Source: Spirochaetales bacterium (GTDB lineage Bacteria > Spirochaetota > Spirochaetia > Treponematales > UBA12059). Taken from it: DNA of 47,971 nt. The notes beneath the pieces were generated by a model that searched no databases, was not told where the DNA came from, and was given only the letters and a program-made list of their open reading frames with translations. Positions 1-9,515 of this stretch are shown in pieces. Location of the stretch: NCBI GenBank assembly GCA_016928955.1, contig JAFGJV010000027.1:62001-109971 (forward strand). Reading direction: 5' to 3'. Position numbers and translations under genes: made by a program. The stretch's first letter is position 1; each line of letters opens with the position of its first letter.

Positions 1-1
1 C

Positions 2-2098
2 GTGGTGTTCAAGCGCGTGGATTTCCGGACGGGCGACACGCGCTACATATACCACGGCAACGACGGCACCAGCATGCCCTGGAACGACACGGCCCAGCTG
101 GACTTCCTCAAGCCCGACGCCCGCGAGGCGGTGACCGAGCGCATCCTCCACGTGGCCCGGGCCTTTCCCATCATCCGCTTTGACGCGGCCATGATCATGG
201 CGCGCAAGCATTTCCGGCGCCTGTGGTACCCGGAGCCGGGCCACGGCGGCGACATAGCCAGCCGCGGCGAGTCGTCATTGCCGCCGGATGTCTTTGACCG
301 CCATATGCCGGGCGAGTTCTGGCGCGACGTGGTGGACCGCTGCGCGGCGGAGGCCCCGGACACCCTCCTCCTGGCCGAGGCGTTCTGGATGATGGAAGGC
401 TACTTTGTCCGCACCCTGGGCATGCACCGCGTGTACAACTCGGCCTTCATGAACATGCTCAAGAACCAGGAGAACAAAAAGTACCGCGACACCATCAAGA
501 ACACGCAGGAGTTCGACAAGGATATCCTCAAGCGCTTTGTCAACTTCATGAACAATCCCGACGAGGAGACGGCCGTGGCCCAGTTCGGCCGCGACGACCG
601 CTACTTTGGCGTATGCACCCTGATGGCCACCCTGCCTGGCCTGCCCATGTTCGGGCACGGCCAGGTGGAAGGCTTCACCGAGAAATACGGCATGGAATAC
701 CGCCGCGCCTACCTGGACGAGCGCCCGGACCAGGGGCTCATAGCCAGGCACGAGCGAGAAATCTTCCCGCTCCTCAAGCGCCGCTACCTGTTCTCCGGCG
801 TCGACCAGTTCCTCCTGTACGACCTGTACCGCCCGGACGGCTCGGTGGACGAGAACGTGTTCGCGTACTCAAACGGCGCGGGCGGCGAACGCGCCCTGGT
901 GCTGTACAACAACGCCTACGAGCGCGCGGCAGGCACCCTGCACCGCAGCTGCCCCTTTGCGCGCAAGGAGCCGGACGGCCGGAAAACGCGCGTCGTCATG
1001 GACCTTGCTTCCGGCCTGGGCCTGTCCGGCCTGCCCGGCCGCTTCCTGGCCATGCGGGAACAGCGCTCGGGCCTGTGGTTCCTCCGCCGCTCCGCCGACG
1101 TTGCCGAGCGCGGCATGGTCGTCATGCTGGACGGTTTCCAGAGCCAGGCCTTCCTGGACATCCACGAGTTGGCCGACGACGAGCTGGGGGCGTGGGCCAA
1201 GCTGTGCGACCAGCTGGGCGGTTCCGGCGTGCCGGACCTTTCGGCCGCCCTGCAGGACGTGGTATTGGACAGGCTGTACGCCTCATGGAACGCGGCCTTT
1301 GGGCCCGCCTACCTGCGCACGGTCCTGGACGCCTTTGCCCCGCCGGACGCGGCGCCAAAAACCTCGGCCGCTGGCAAAGCCGGCAAGAAGGCCGTTACCC
1401 CGGACCTGGACGCCGTGAGCGCCTTTGCCCGCGACTCGGGGGCCTTTATGGCAGAGCTGGCCGGACGCTCGGCCACCGATGCCGGCCGCGCAGAGCGCGC
1501 GCTGGAGCTGGCCGCGGGCGCGTCGGCCACGCTGGCCGGACTCGCGTCGGCTGGCACAAGTAAGCCAGGCTCCTTGTTGGCCGCTCGCCTGCGTTCAGGC
1601 GCGGCCCCGGCCGCCGCCGCCCTGGGCGCCCTGTCCATACTGCCCGGCCTCCTGTCAGAGGACGCCGACTGGACGGACGCCCGCGCCCTGGCCGACGCCT
1701 GGGGCCTGGACCGCAAGCTCAGGGAAGCCATGCAGGCCGCCGGCGTGCCTGGCGACCACGCCTGGCTGTGCTCCGCCCTGGCCACAGCCGCCTTGGGCGC
1801 CTTGGGCTCGCTAGAAGGACTCAAAGCGACCGGCCTTGCCGGCCTTGCGGAAGCAGTCCTGTCCCAAGAGGAAGCGAGCCGCCTCCTTGGCGTCAATATC
1901 TGGGACGGCTCCCGGTGGTTCAACGCCGAGCGCTTTGCCCTGGCCGCTCCCGTTGCGCTGGCGGCGGCCATACTGGCCGGCAGGCTCAGCCCGAAACAGG
2001 CAGACAGCGCCCTGCGTGCCCTGGAGCGGGCGGCATCCGAGTCGGGCTGGAACCTGGACAGCTTCCTGTCCCTGCTCAAGGAAACGGACGCGCCGTGA
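2..2098 (+). CDS. GH13 alpha-amylase family protein, 5'-truncated by the window edge
   Basis: GH13 catalytic-region motifs IIRFDAAM (nucleophile Asp), LLAEAFW (acid/base Glu), FMNNPDE (region IV) and LPGLPMFGHGQ; Ala-rich C-terminal extension; stop overlaps the next start (GTGA). Confidence 0.85.
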   Translation: MVFKRVDFRTGDTRYIYHGNDGTSMPWNDTAQLDFLKPDAREAVTERILHVARAFPIIRFDAAMIMARKHFRRLWYPEPGHGGDIASRGESSLPPDVFDRHMPGEFWRDVVDRCAAEAPDTLLLAEAFWMMEGYFVRTLGMHRVYNSAFMNMLKNQENKKYRDTIKNTQEFDKDILKRFVNFMNNPDEETAVAQFGRDDRYFGVCTLMATLPGLPMFGHGQVEGFTEKYGMEYRRAYLDERPDQGLIARHEREIFPLLKRRYLFSGVDQFLLYDLYRPDGSVDENVFAYSNGAGGERALVLYNNAYERAAGTLHRSCPFARKEPDGRKTRVVMDLASGLGLSGLPGRFLAMREQRSGLWFLRRSADVAERGMVVMLDGFQSQAFLDIHELADDELGAWAKLCDQLGGSGVPDLSAALQDVVLDRLYASWNAAFGPAYLRTVLDAFAPPDAAPKTSAAGKAGKKAVTPDLDAVSAFARDSGAFMAELAGRSATDAGRAERALELAAGASATLAGLASAGTSKPGSLLAARLRSGAAPAAAALGALSILPGLLSEDADWTDARALADAWGLDRKLREAMQAAGVPGDHAWLCSALATAALGALGSLEGLKATGLAGLAEAVLSQEEASRLLGVNIWDGSRWFNAERFALAAPVALAAAILAGRLSPKQADSALRALERAASESGWNLDSFLSLLKETDAP

Positions 2099-4824
2099 GC
2101 CCCTCCGACCGTGAGCCCACTGACCAGCTCGGTTCCATAATCGCGTCAGCCCTGGGCGACGCTCGCGTGCGCTTTGTCTTTCCCAGCGAGGTGGCCGCCC
2201 GCGACCGGCTGGAACGCGCCCTGGACCAGTCGGGCAGGCAGGCCCTGCCCCTGGCCCGTTTCCTGTCCTGGGACGCGTTCAAATCCCTGGCCTTTCCCGG
2301 ACCGCCTGAAGGCATACCGTCGTCGGCGGCCGTGCGCCTGGTTTTTGCCCGGGCCATGCTGGCCGACAACGCGCGCGCGCCTTTTTTATCCGCCCTGGTA
2401 CCCCGGGAGCATGCGGCCAGATCCCCCGGCTTTGCCGGTTTGGTCGCACGTGCCCTGCCGGCTCTGGCGGCCCTGCCCGACGGCCAGAGCCCCATGCTGG
2501 CGGACTGGAAACAGATCCGGCACCGGTACGCCGAGTTCCTTGCGGCCAAGGGCCTCTTTGAGCCAGGGTGGTACCCGCGCGCGGCCGTGGACCCGCCGGG
2601 CTCCTTCATCGTCTTCTACCCCGAGCTGACCACGGACTGGCCCGAGTATGAAAGCGCCGTTCGCGGCATGGCCAGGGTACGCGTGGTGGATAGCGACCCG
2701 GGCGGCGGCGATCCAGTACCGGCCGCCCGCTTTCCAACCCTGGTGGACGAACTCAGATCCGTGCTGAGGACCATCATGGACGAGCTGTCGGCGGGAGCCG
2801 ATCCGGCGTCCGTCATGATCAGCGTTGCCGGCCCGGACGGCGTGCTGCCCGTGCTCGAGCGCGAGGCGGCCGTGGCGGGGCTCAGGCTGGACGTCCGCGA
2901 AGCCAAGCCTTTGTCGGACAGCTCCGGCGGACGCCTCCTTGCCGACCTGGCGGCGCTGGCGTCCAACGGCTTTTCCTTCCACGCCGCCCGCCGCCTGCTC
3001 CTGGACGCGTCCAGGCCCTGGCAGGATCCGGCGGCCGCCCGCGCCCTGGTCGACCTGGGCATACGCAAGCACATCCTGGCGACCCTGCCGGGCACGGACG
3101 TATGGGAAGCGTCCATGGGCGCAAAGGACGCGCGCGAGCGCTCGTTCTACAGAAGCCTGCGCTCGGCCGCCGGGAAAGTAGCGTCGGCCAAGACCTTTGC
3201 CCAGCTCCGCTCGGCCTTTGACTCGTTCCGCACGGCCTTTCTGGATGAGGAGTCCTGGTCACCCGCCCAAAACGACGAAATAGCCCGTTGCGTGCGCGAG
3301 CTGGAAGGCCTGGATGAGGCCGCCCGCCTGGCTGGCCTGGATCCTGGACCCGGCGTGGTCGACGCCTTCCTGGACTACCTGGCCGACATCCGCTACCTGC
3401 CCGTGTCATCGGGCGGCGGCGTGGCCGTGTACCGCTATCCCGTGTGCGCTGGAGCCCTGCCAGACCTGCATTTTGCCGTCAACCTGTCGCAGGACGCCGC
3501 CGCGTCGTCATACCGGCCCCTGTCCTTTCTCCGTGACGACGAGCGAGAGCGCGCGGGCGCCCGGGACCGCGACCTGTCCGACGGATTGGTGCGCCTGCTG
3601 GCCCGTTCCGGAAAGCGCGTGTTCCTCAGCTGCTCTGAAGACGGCCCCGACGGCGTCCGGCCGGCCCACCAGGTCCTGCGCCCGCTTTCTCCGGGAGATC
3701 TGGGCTTCAAGACGGGCTTTGGCTCCTGGCCCCTGGACTCGGACGCGCTTCCCGGCCACACCGTGGAGCTGGCCCTGACCATACAGGCCACAAGCGCGGC
3801 GGCAGCCCTTGTCACCGTTTTCCCTGGGCCGGGCTCTGATTACGCCCAGGCCAGCGAGCACGAACCCGCGAGCCTGCCCCGCGATGCCGCCGCCCGCGTG
3901 ATCGCGGCCCTGGCGGACGACCAGGGCCGCCCGCGCCTGTCGGACACCCTGATAGAGGAGCTGTCAGCCTGTCCCTTCCGCCGCCTGTTCAAACGCTGGC
4001 TCGGAGCCGAACCGGTGGCAACGGGCCTGTCCTTCATAGACGCCCTCATGACCGGCCAGCTCTATCACGACACCCTGGCTCGGCTCCTAGAGCCCCTGCG
4101 GGACCACAGCAGGACCATCGTTGCCGGCCAGGAAGCCGGCGAGACCGCCCGGCCTTCGGAAGCCGACCTGGCTGCCAGCCTTGAAACCGTGGTGCGCGAC
4201 CTGGGACGTGATGCCGGCGTGGTGGCGGCCGCCCTGGTATCCGCCGTGGGCCCAGCCCTGCTCAGAGATCTGGTCCGCGCCCTGGACGATTTGCGGACGC
4301 TTCTGGACGGCATGGTGCCCGTCCTGGTGGAAGGCTCGCCGCCGGACGCTCCGCTGCCGGGGCTGGACGCCGTCCTGGCTGGGCGCCTGGACCTCATGGC
4401 TGGCCCGCCCGGCACCGACCCATTGGCGCCCGCCGGCCAACCCGTCGTCATCGTCGACTTCAAGAAAAACAAGCTGCCCACAGCCGCCGAACTGCATCCC
4501 GAGGACGGAGGGCCCGCAAAGCTCCAGATGCCCGCCTACGATTTTCTGGCCACGGAAGCGGGCTACGCGCCGGATTCCGGCTGGTATCTGTCCATAGAGG
4601 GCCGCGCGCGGAAAGACAGCGCCCTCTGCGCTTTTGGACCGGCCGCCAAGGCCCCTCCCGACCACCGCGACCAACGCAGGCAGGACCTGCTGGACGCCTG
4701 CTCGAGGGTCCTGGCTATCCTGTCCGGGGGTCTTGTCTACGTGCCTGACGCCCGGGACAGGGAAGCGCTATGTTCGGGCTGTACCCTGCGGCCGGTGTGC
4801 AGGGTACATTACACGGTGAGGTGA
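2095..4824 (+). CDS. addB: AddB-like subunit: inactive helicase-like N-terminus plus PD-(D/E)XK nuclease with Fe-S cluster cysteines
   Basis: GTG at 2095 overlaps the upstream TGA; SACPFRRL plus C-terminal CSGCTLRPVC give the 1+3 Cys staple; nuclease motifs GRLDL, IVDFKK and LQMPAY; directly upstream of a UvrD-type helicase-nuclease. Confidence 0.8.
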   Translation: MSPSDREPTDQLGSIIASALGDARVRFVFPSEVAARDRLERALDQSGRQALPLARFLSWDAFKSLAFPGPPEGIPSSAAVRLVFARAMLADNARAPFLSALVPREHAARSPGFAGLVARALPALAALPDGQSPMLADWKQIRHRYAEFLAAKGLFEPGWYPRAAVDPPGSFIVFYPELTTDWPEYESAVRGMARVRVVDSDPGGGDPVPAARFPTLVDELRSVLRTIMDELSAGADPASVMISVAGPDGVLPVLEREAAVAGLRLDVREAKPLSDSSGGRLLADLAALASNGFSFHAARRLLLDASRPWQDPAAARALVDLGIRKHILATLPGTDVWEASMGAKDARERSFYRSLRSAAGKVASAKTFAQLRSAFDSFRTAFLDEESWSPAQNDEIARCVRELEGLDEAARLAGLDPGPGVVDAFLDYLADIRYLPVSSGGGVAVYRYPVCAGALPDLHFAVNLSQDAAASSYRPLSFLRDDERERAGARDRDLSDGLVRLLARSGKRVFLSCSEDGPDGVRPAHQVLRPLSPGDLGFKTGFGSWPLDSDALPGHTVELALTIQATSAAAALVTVFPGPGSDYAQASEHEPASLPRDAAARVIAALADDQGRPRLSDTLIEELSACPFRRLFKRWLGAEPVATGLSFIDALMTGQLYHDTLARLLEPLRDHSRTIVAGQEAGETARPSEADLAASLETVVRDLGRDAGVVAAALVSAVGPALLRDLVRALDDLRTLLDGMVPVLVEGSPPDAPLPGLDAVLAGRLDLMAGPPGTDPLAPAGQPVVIVDFKKNKLPTAAELHPEDGGPAKLQMPAYDFLATEAGYAPDSGWYLSIEGRARKDSALCAFGPAAKAPPDHRDQRRQDLLDACSRVLAILSGGLVYVPDARDREALCSGCTLRPVCRVHYTVR

Positions 4825-4826
4825 GC

Positions 4827-7800
4827 ATGGGCGAATGGCAACGACTACTGGACGGCCTTGATCCCCAGCGGCAGCTGCCGGCCGTGCGCGAGACGCGCAA
4901 CGCAGTGGTGGCGGCGGGAGCCGGGTCGGGCAAGACCCGGGTCCTGTCCGTCCGCTACCTGGCCCTGGTACGCGAGCGCGGTCTGGATCCCGAGCGCATC
5001 ATATGCCTGACCTTTACCAACAAGGCGGCGGCGGAGATGCGGGAGCGCATCCACGCCATGCTGGCCGCCTGCGCCGAGGACGACCCGGCGTTCAGGCCGG
5101 CCCTGGCGTCCTTTCCGGCGTCCCGGGTGTCCACCCTGGACTCATTTTGCTCGGAAATAGCCCGGAACGGGGCGCCGCGCTGGGGCATAGCCCCGGACTT
5201 TGGCGTGGACGAGACGGCGGCGCGGGAAGCCACTGCGGAATTCACCGTCAACTGGCTGATGGCCTGCCGGAGCGACCCACTGGCGGCCGAATTCCTGGCG
5301 GCCAACGGCTTTGAGAACGCGGCCGAGGGTCTGGCCGCTCTGGCCTCCGCCCGGGGCGGCCTGTTCGGAGCCGTGGATTCAGGATTTGACGCCGATGCCC
5401 AGCTGGACGGCCTTTTGAACCTGGCGCGGGACCACCACGCCCTGCTCACGGACCTGCTCAAAGGCGGCCAGGACCTGGACCCCGGGACGGCTGCCGGAGG
5501 AAAGGCATGGATAGAGGCGGCGGCGCGCTTCCCTGACTGGCCAGACGACATCCAGGACCCGGCCGGCCTCAGGGCTTTGGGCGACGCCTGCGCGGCGGTA
5601 GCCGGGCTCAGGAAACCGTCGGGCAAGAGCCCCGCCGCCGGCTATTACAACGGCGTGACCGACCAGGTGCGCTCCTATGCCGACATTGTGCGCCTGGCCG
5701 CGGCCGTCCTGACCGGCGGCAGACAGGAACAGGCGCTGGCCTTTATACGCGGCTACATACGCGACGCTGCCGATGCCCGCGCCGCAAGCGGCATGCTCGG
5801 CTTTTCCGACGTGGCCTACCTTGCCCTGGCCACCCTGCGCGACGACCTGACCCTCAGGCACTGGTACGCGTCGCGCTTTGACGCCATCATGATAGACGAA
5901 TTCCAGGACAACAACGTCCTCCAGAAGGACCTGTTGTACCTTTTGGCAGGCGATCCGCGCGCGAACCCGAGGGCCGGCGTCGTGCCCGGGCCGGAAGGGC
6001 TCCGCCCAGGCGTCCTCTTTTTTGTGGGCGACGAAAAGCAGAGCATATACGCCTTCAGGCAGGCAGACGTCAGGGTATTCCGCGGCCTTGAGGATGAGCT
6101 GTCCAGGGCCCCGGGCGGGCTCGGCCGCCACGACCTGAGCGTCAACTGGCGCTCGGAACCCGGCCTGATTGAGTTTTTCAACACGACCTTTGCGGCCGTG
6201 TTCCCGCCCTCGGGCGCCGATGCCAGGGACTATGAAGCCCGGTTTGAAGGTCTCCTTGCCGGTCCGCCCACCTCCGGAGTGGAAGCCGTGGCCAGGTACT
6301 TGGAAATCCAGCCAGCCGGTGGCAACGACGGGTACCTGGGTGCCGATGAGACCCAGGCCCGGCGCATAGCCGTCCTGATCGGAGAGCTGGTGGATGGTGG
6401 CGTCCCCGTGGCCGGAAAGGACGGCTCGGGCAAGAATGCCCTGCCCTGCCGCCATGAGGACATAGCCATCCTGTTCCGGTCCAGCGCCAGCCAGAACGTG
6501 GTGGAGCGTCATCTGCGCCTGGCGGGCATACCCTATACCGCCGTTTCCACGGCCGGTCTGTACGCGGAATCCATCCTTGGAGACCTGTACTCCGTACTGC
6601 GCCTGTCCGCCTACCCGCACGACCGCCACGCTCTGGCGTGCGCCCTCCGGGGTCCCTTTGCCCGCCTGTCCGACGAGGGCACGGTGGCCGTGTTGGAATC
6701 AGGGGGCCTTGAGGCCACGGGAGCCGCCCTGACCGCGGACGACGGCTCCAGGCTGGGCGCCCTGGGCGCCACCCTATCTGGCATAGCCGAGCGTGCTGAC
6801 CGTGACAGCCTGGCCGGCATGGTGGCCTGGCTGTGGTACGAGCGCGGCTTGCGCTGGAACGTGCTTCGCGAGCCGGCAAACGCCGCCTTCCTGGACCACT
6901 TTAACTACGCGTGGGCCCTTGCCGCCGCCGCGGACCGCCGCGGGCTGCGCCTGGCCGACTTTGTGTCCGAGCTCGAGGAACGGATGGGCACCGTCGAGAA
7001 GCTGGTTGACGTGGCCGTGCCCCGGCCCGGAGCCCGGGGCGTGAACCTGATGACCGTGCACGCGTCCAAGGGGCTTGAGTTTCCGGTGGTAATCCTCCCG
7101 TCCCTGGAAAACTCAGGCAGGAATGACACCCAGGCGCCGGTCAACAGGGGCCGCCGCCTTGGCTGGTCCCTGCGCCTTGTGGACGACGCGGGATACAGCT
7201 CCAACCCGCTGGCGGATCTGGAGAAAAAGCTGGAGGCCCTGGAAAAAACCGGCGGGCAGAAGGTCATGACCGAACGTCTGGCTGAAACGGCCCGCCTCTT
7301 CTACGTGGCTTGCACACGGGCCACGTCCCGCCTGTACCTGTTCGGAAAGGCTCCCAGCCGGGAAGACAAGGACGGCAACAGTTTCCGCGGCCTCCTCCTG
7401 CGCGCCTGGCCAAACCTTGCGGCCGCCACGGACAAGGAGCCCATCCCCGCCTGGACAAGGCCGAAAGGCGGCATCCTGGACAGGGACCTTGTGCCGCCCC
7501 TGTCGCTCAAGGACTATGCGGCCATCAAGCCCGCCGCCCGGGACTCGGGAGTACGCAGGGCCCGAGCAGTGGCCGACGCCCCCGTTATCCAAATGCCCGA
7601 GCGGCGAGCCCGGCTGGCCGTCACTGAGGCTGCCGCCTTGGTCCACGCCGGCCTTCCCTGGCAAGACGGAGCCCCCCTGGCGGCCGAAACGGAAATCCCG
7701 GGCACGCCGTCCCTCACGGACGCCCAGTTTGGCACGCTCTGCCACCTCTGGGTCCAGGCGGCCATCCAGAGGTCCGGCGCGCGGCCCGTCCTGCCTCCGG

Positions 7801-8267
7801 ACCTGGCGGCTGCCGTGGGTCGCCTACCCGCGGCCTCCCGCGCAGCGCTCGAAAAGGAAGCGGAAACCCTGGCCTCGAACTTCCTGGCAACGGATCTCGG
7901 GCAGGCTGCCCTGAGCGCCGCGCGTCACCCTGACGCAGGCGCCCTGGCATCGGCCCCGGTGGTGTTTGCCGTGGAATATCCCTTTGTGTACCGAGCCCCG
8001 GGCCCCGTGTACCTGTCCGGCTCCATGGACCTGGTGTTTGGCGACGCCTCGGGCGTCACGGTGGTGGATTTCAAGACCGACAGGCACGAGGATCCGGCCG
8101 CGCACCGTTTCCAGCTGTCCGTGTACCGGGAATCCGCCCAGGACATCTTTGGCCGCCCGGCCTCGGCTCTGGTATACTACCTGCGGAGCGGGACCGCGGT
8201 GCCGGTGGAGGGGCCGCCGGATATGGGCGCCCTCAGCTCGTCGCTCGCGCGGACGCGGACTCTGTGA
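4827..8267 (+). CDS. addA: AddA-like UvrD/REP superfamily 1 helicase with C-terminal RecB-family nuclease
   Basis: Walker A AGAGSGKT, LTFTNKAA, IDEFQD, VGDEKQSIYAFR, NWRS, MTVHASKGLEF and RLFYVACTRA; C-terminal GSMDLV, VVDFKT and QLSVY. Alternative GTG start at 4821. Confidence 0.9.
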   Translation: MGEWQRLLDGLDPQRQLPAVRETRNAVVAAGAGSGKTRVLSVRYLALVRERGLDPERIICLTFTNKAAAEMRERIHAMLAACAEDDPAFRPALASFPASRVSTLDSFCSEIARNGAPRWGIAPDFGVDETAAREATAEFTVNWLMACRSDPLAAEFLAANGFENAAEGLAALASARGGLFGAVDSGFDADAQLDGLLNLARDHHALLTDLLKGGQDLDPGTAAGGKAWIEAAARFPDWPDDIQDPAGLRALGDACAAVAGLRKPSGKSPAAGYYNGVTDQVRSYADIVRLAAAVLTGGRQEQALAFIRGYIRDAADARAASGMLGFSDVAYLALATLRDDLTLRHWYASRFDAIMIDEFQDNNVLQKDLLYLLAGDPRANPRAGVVPGPEGLRPGVLFFVGDEKQSIYAFRQADVRVFRGLEDELSRAPGGLGRHDLSVNWRSEPGLIEFFNTTFAAVFPPSGADARDYEARFEGLLAGPPTSGVEAVARYLEIQPAGGNDGYLGADETQARRIAVLIGELVDGGVPVAGKDGSGKNALPCRHEDIAILFRSSASQNVVERHLRLAGIPYTAVSTAGLYAESILGDLYSVLRLSAYPHDRHALACALRGPFARLSDEGTVAVLESGGLEATGAALTADDGSRLGALGATLSGIAERADRDSLAGMVAWLWYERGLRWNVLREPANAAFLDHFNYAWALAAAADRRGLRLADFVSELEERMGTVEKLVDVAVPRPGARGVNLMTVHASKGLEFPVVILPSLENSGRNDTQAPVNRGRRLGWSLRLVDDAGYSSNPLADLEKKLEALEKTGGQKVMTERLAETARLFYVACTRATSRLYLFGKAPSREDKDGNSFRGLLLRAWPNLAAATDKEPIPAWTRPKGGILDRDLVPPLSLKDYAAIKPAARDSGVRRARAVADAPVIQMPERRARLAVTEAAALVHAGLPWQDGAPLAAETEIPGTPSLTDAQFGTLCHLWVQAAIQRSGARPVLPPDLAAAVGRLPAASRAALEKEAETLASNFLATDLGQAALSAARHPDAGALASAPVVFAVEYPFVYRAPGPVYLSGSMDLVFGDASGVTVVDFKTDRHEDPAAHRFQLSVYRESAQDIFGRPASALVYYLRSGTAVPVEGPPDMGALSSSLARTRTL

Positions 8268-8301
8268 TAAGGTACCCCGCTACGATGCTCAAGGAGGCCC
8301 G

Positions 8302-8868
8302 ATGAGCGATTTCCCCACGGACGCGGACACCCGCCGCGCCCCCGGATTCCTGTCCGTATTCTGGCTATTCTGCGCCATATCAGCCGTGACCATAGGCGGC
8401 GGTTACGTCATGGTACCTGTCATACAGCGCGCCGTGGAGCGCAAACGCTGGCTCAAGGAAGCCGATTTTTACGACCTCTTTGCCATGGCCCAGAGCATAC
8501 CCGGGCCGCTGGCCCTCAATTCGGCCACGTTGACAGGCTGGAAAATAGCCGGCTTGCCCGGTTTTATCGCCGCCACGCTGGGCATCCTGCTTCCGCCCTT
8601 CGCGGCCATCATACTGCTGGCGTCCATCATTAGCGCCGCTGGCGACCATCCGGCCCTCCGCGGCTTCCTGGACGGCGCCTTTGCCGTGGTTCCCGGCCTG
8701 GTCGCCGCCCTTGCCTTCAACGTGATCCGCAAGCGCCAATGGACCGTCACGCGCGCCGTCATGACGCTGGCTGGCGCGGCCGCTTTGATCCTGGCCGGCA
8801 CCTGGGCCGTGCCCGTGTTCTTTGGGGTGGTCGTTGTGGCCAGGCTCTTTGAGGGGGTCGGGCGATGA
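8302..8868 (+). CDS. chrA: Short-chain chromate ion transporter (CHR family), first subunit
   Basis: SD AAGGAGG before ATG 8302; TIGGGY and AQSIPGP motifs; hydrophobic throughout. Confidence 0.85.
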   Translation: MSDFPTDADTRRAPGFLSVFWLFCAISAVTIGGGYVMVPVIQRAVERKRWLKEADFYDLFAMAQSIPGPLALNSATLTGWKIAGLPGFIAATLGILLPPFAAIILLASIISAAGDHPALRGFLDGAFAVVPGLVAALAFNVIRKRQWTVTRAVMTLAGAAALILAGTWAVPVFFGVVVVARLFEGVGR

Positions 8869-9380
8869 TAGACCTCGTCTTGACCTTTCTGAAAATCGGG
8901 GCGGCCGCCTATGGCGGCGGCTGGACCATTGTGGGCATCATCCAGACCGACGTGGTCGGCCGCGGCTGGCTCAGCCCGGAGGCCTTCACCGACCTGGTGG
9001 CCGTTGCCCAGGTGACGCCCGGGCCCGTGGCCCTGAACGCGGCCACACTGGTGGGCTGGCGCCTGTACGGCTTGCCCGGCGCCATAGCGGCCACGCTGTC
9101 CGTGGTGGCCGTGCCCCTGGCCGCCGCCGTGGCCATATCGCTCCTGTCCAAAAAAGCCCTCAAATCCGGCGGAAAGCTGACGGAAGCCCTGAAAACCGGC
9201 ACGCTTGGCCTCCTGGCCATGACCCTGTGGGCCTTCATGCCCCAGGCGGCCGCTTCCTGGAGGACGGCTGGCCTGTCCCTGTTGGCATTTGGGGTGTCCG
9301 CGTTCACCAAGGTGAATCCCCTGTGGGTAATCCTGGGTTCGGGCTTCCTGGGCATGATAGCCAGGCTGGTCTGGGGCTGA
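8865..9380 (+). CDS. chrA: Short-chain chromate ion transporter (CHR family), second subunit
   Basis: ATGA overlap with the previous gene; YGGGW and AQVTPGP motifs; the paired short-chain arrangement is typical of the family. Confidence 0.85.
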   Translation: MIDLVLTFLKIGAAAYGGGWTIVGIIQTDVVGRGWLSPEAFTDLVAVAQVTPGPVALNAATLVGWRLYGLPGAIAATLSVVAVPLAAAVAISLLSKKALKSGGKLTEALKTGTLGLLAMTLWAFMPQAAASWRTAGLSLLAFGVSAFTKVNPLWVILGSGFLGMIARLVWG

Positions 9381-9515
9381 TCTCATGCTCCCGGACTGCT
9401 TTAAATCCCCGCTGGGCCTATAGCAAAAAAAGCCGCCGCAAGACTCGCAAAAAACTCCGGCGGCATTATACTGATACGGTGCGACCAAACTTGACGTACG
9501 TGCGGAGTCCCCGGG

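Noticed and set aside
1768..2094. Long N-terminal extensions in the ORF track (1768, 7966, 19903, 22234, 33180, 45260)
   Set aside because: They overlap neighbouring genes or promoters; downstream starts have SD motifs, stop-start overlaps or -10 elements.
2095..8267. Cas4-like Fe-S nuclease plus helicase as a defence system
   Set aside because: Size, order and motifs fit housekeeping AddAB, and composition matches the host.
9432..9464. GCCGCCG…CGGCGGC inverted repeat before TATACT
   Set aside because: A short GC-only stem with a long loop is likely by chance here, and the -35 match is weak.
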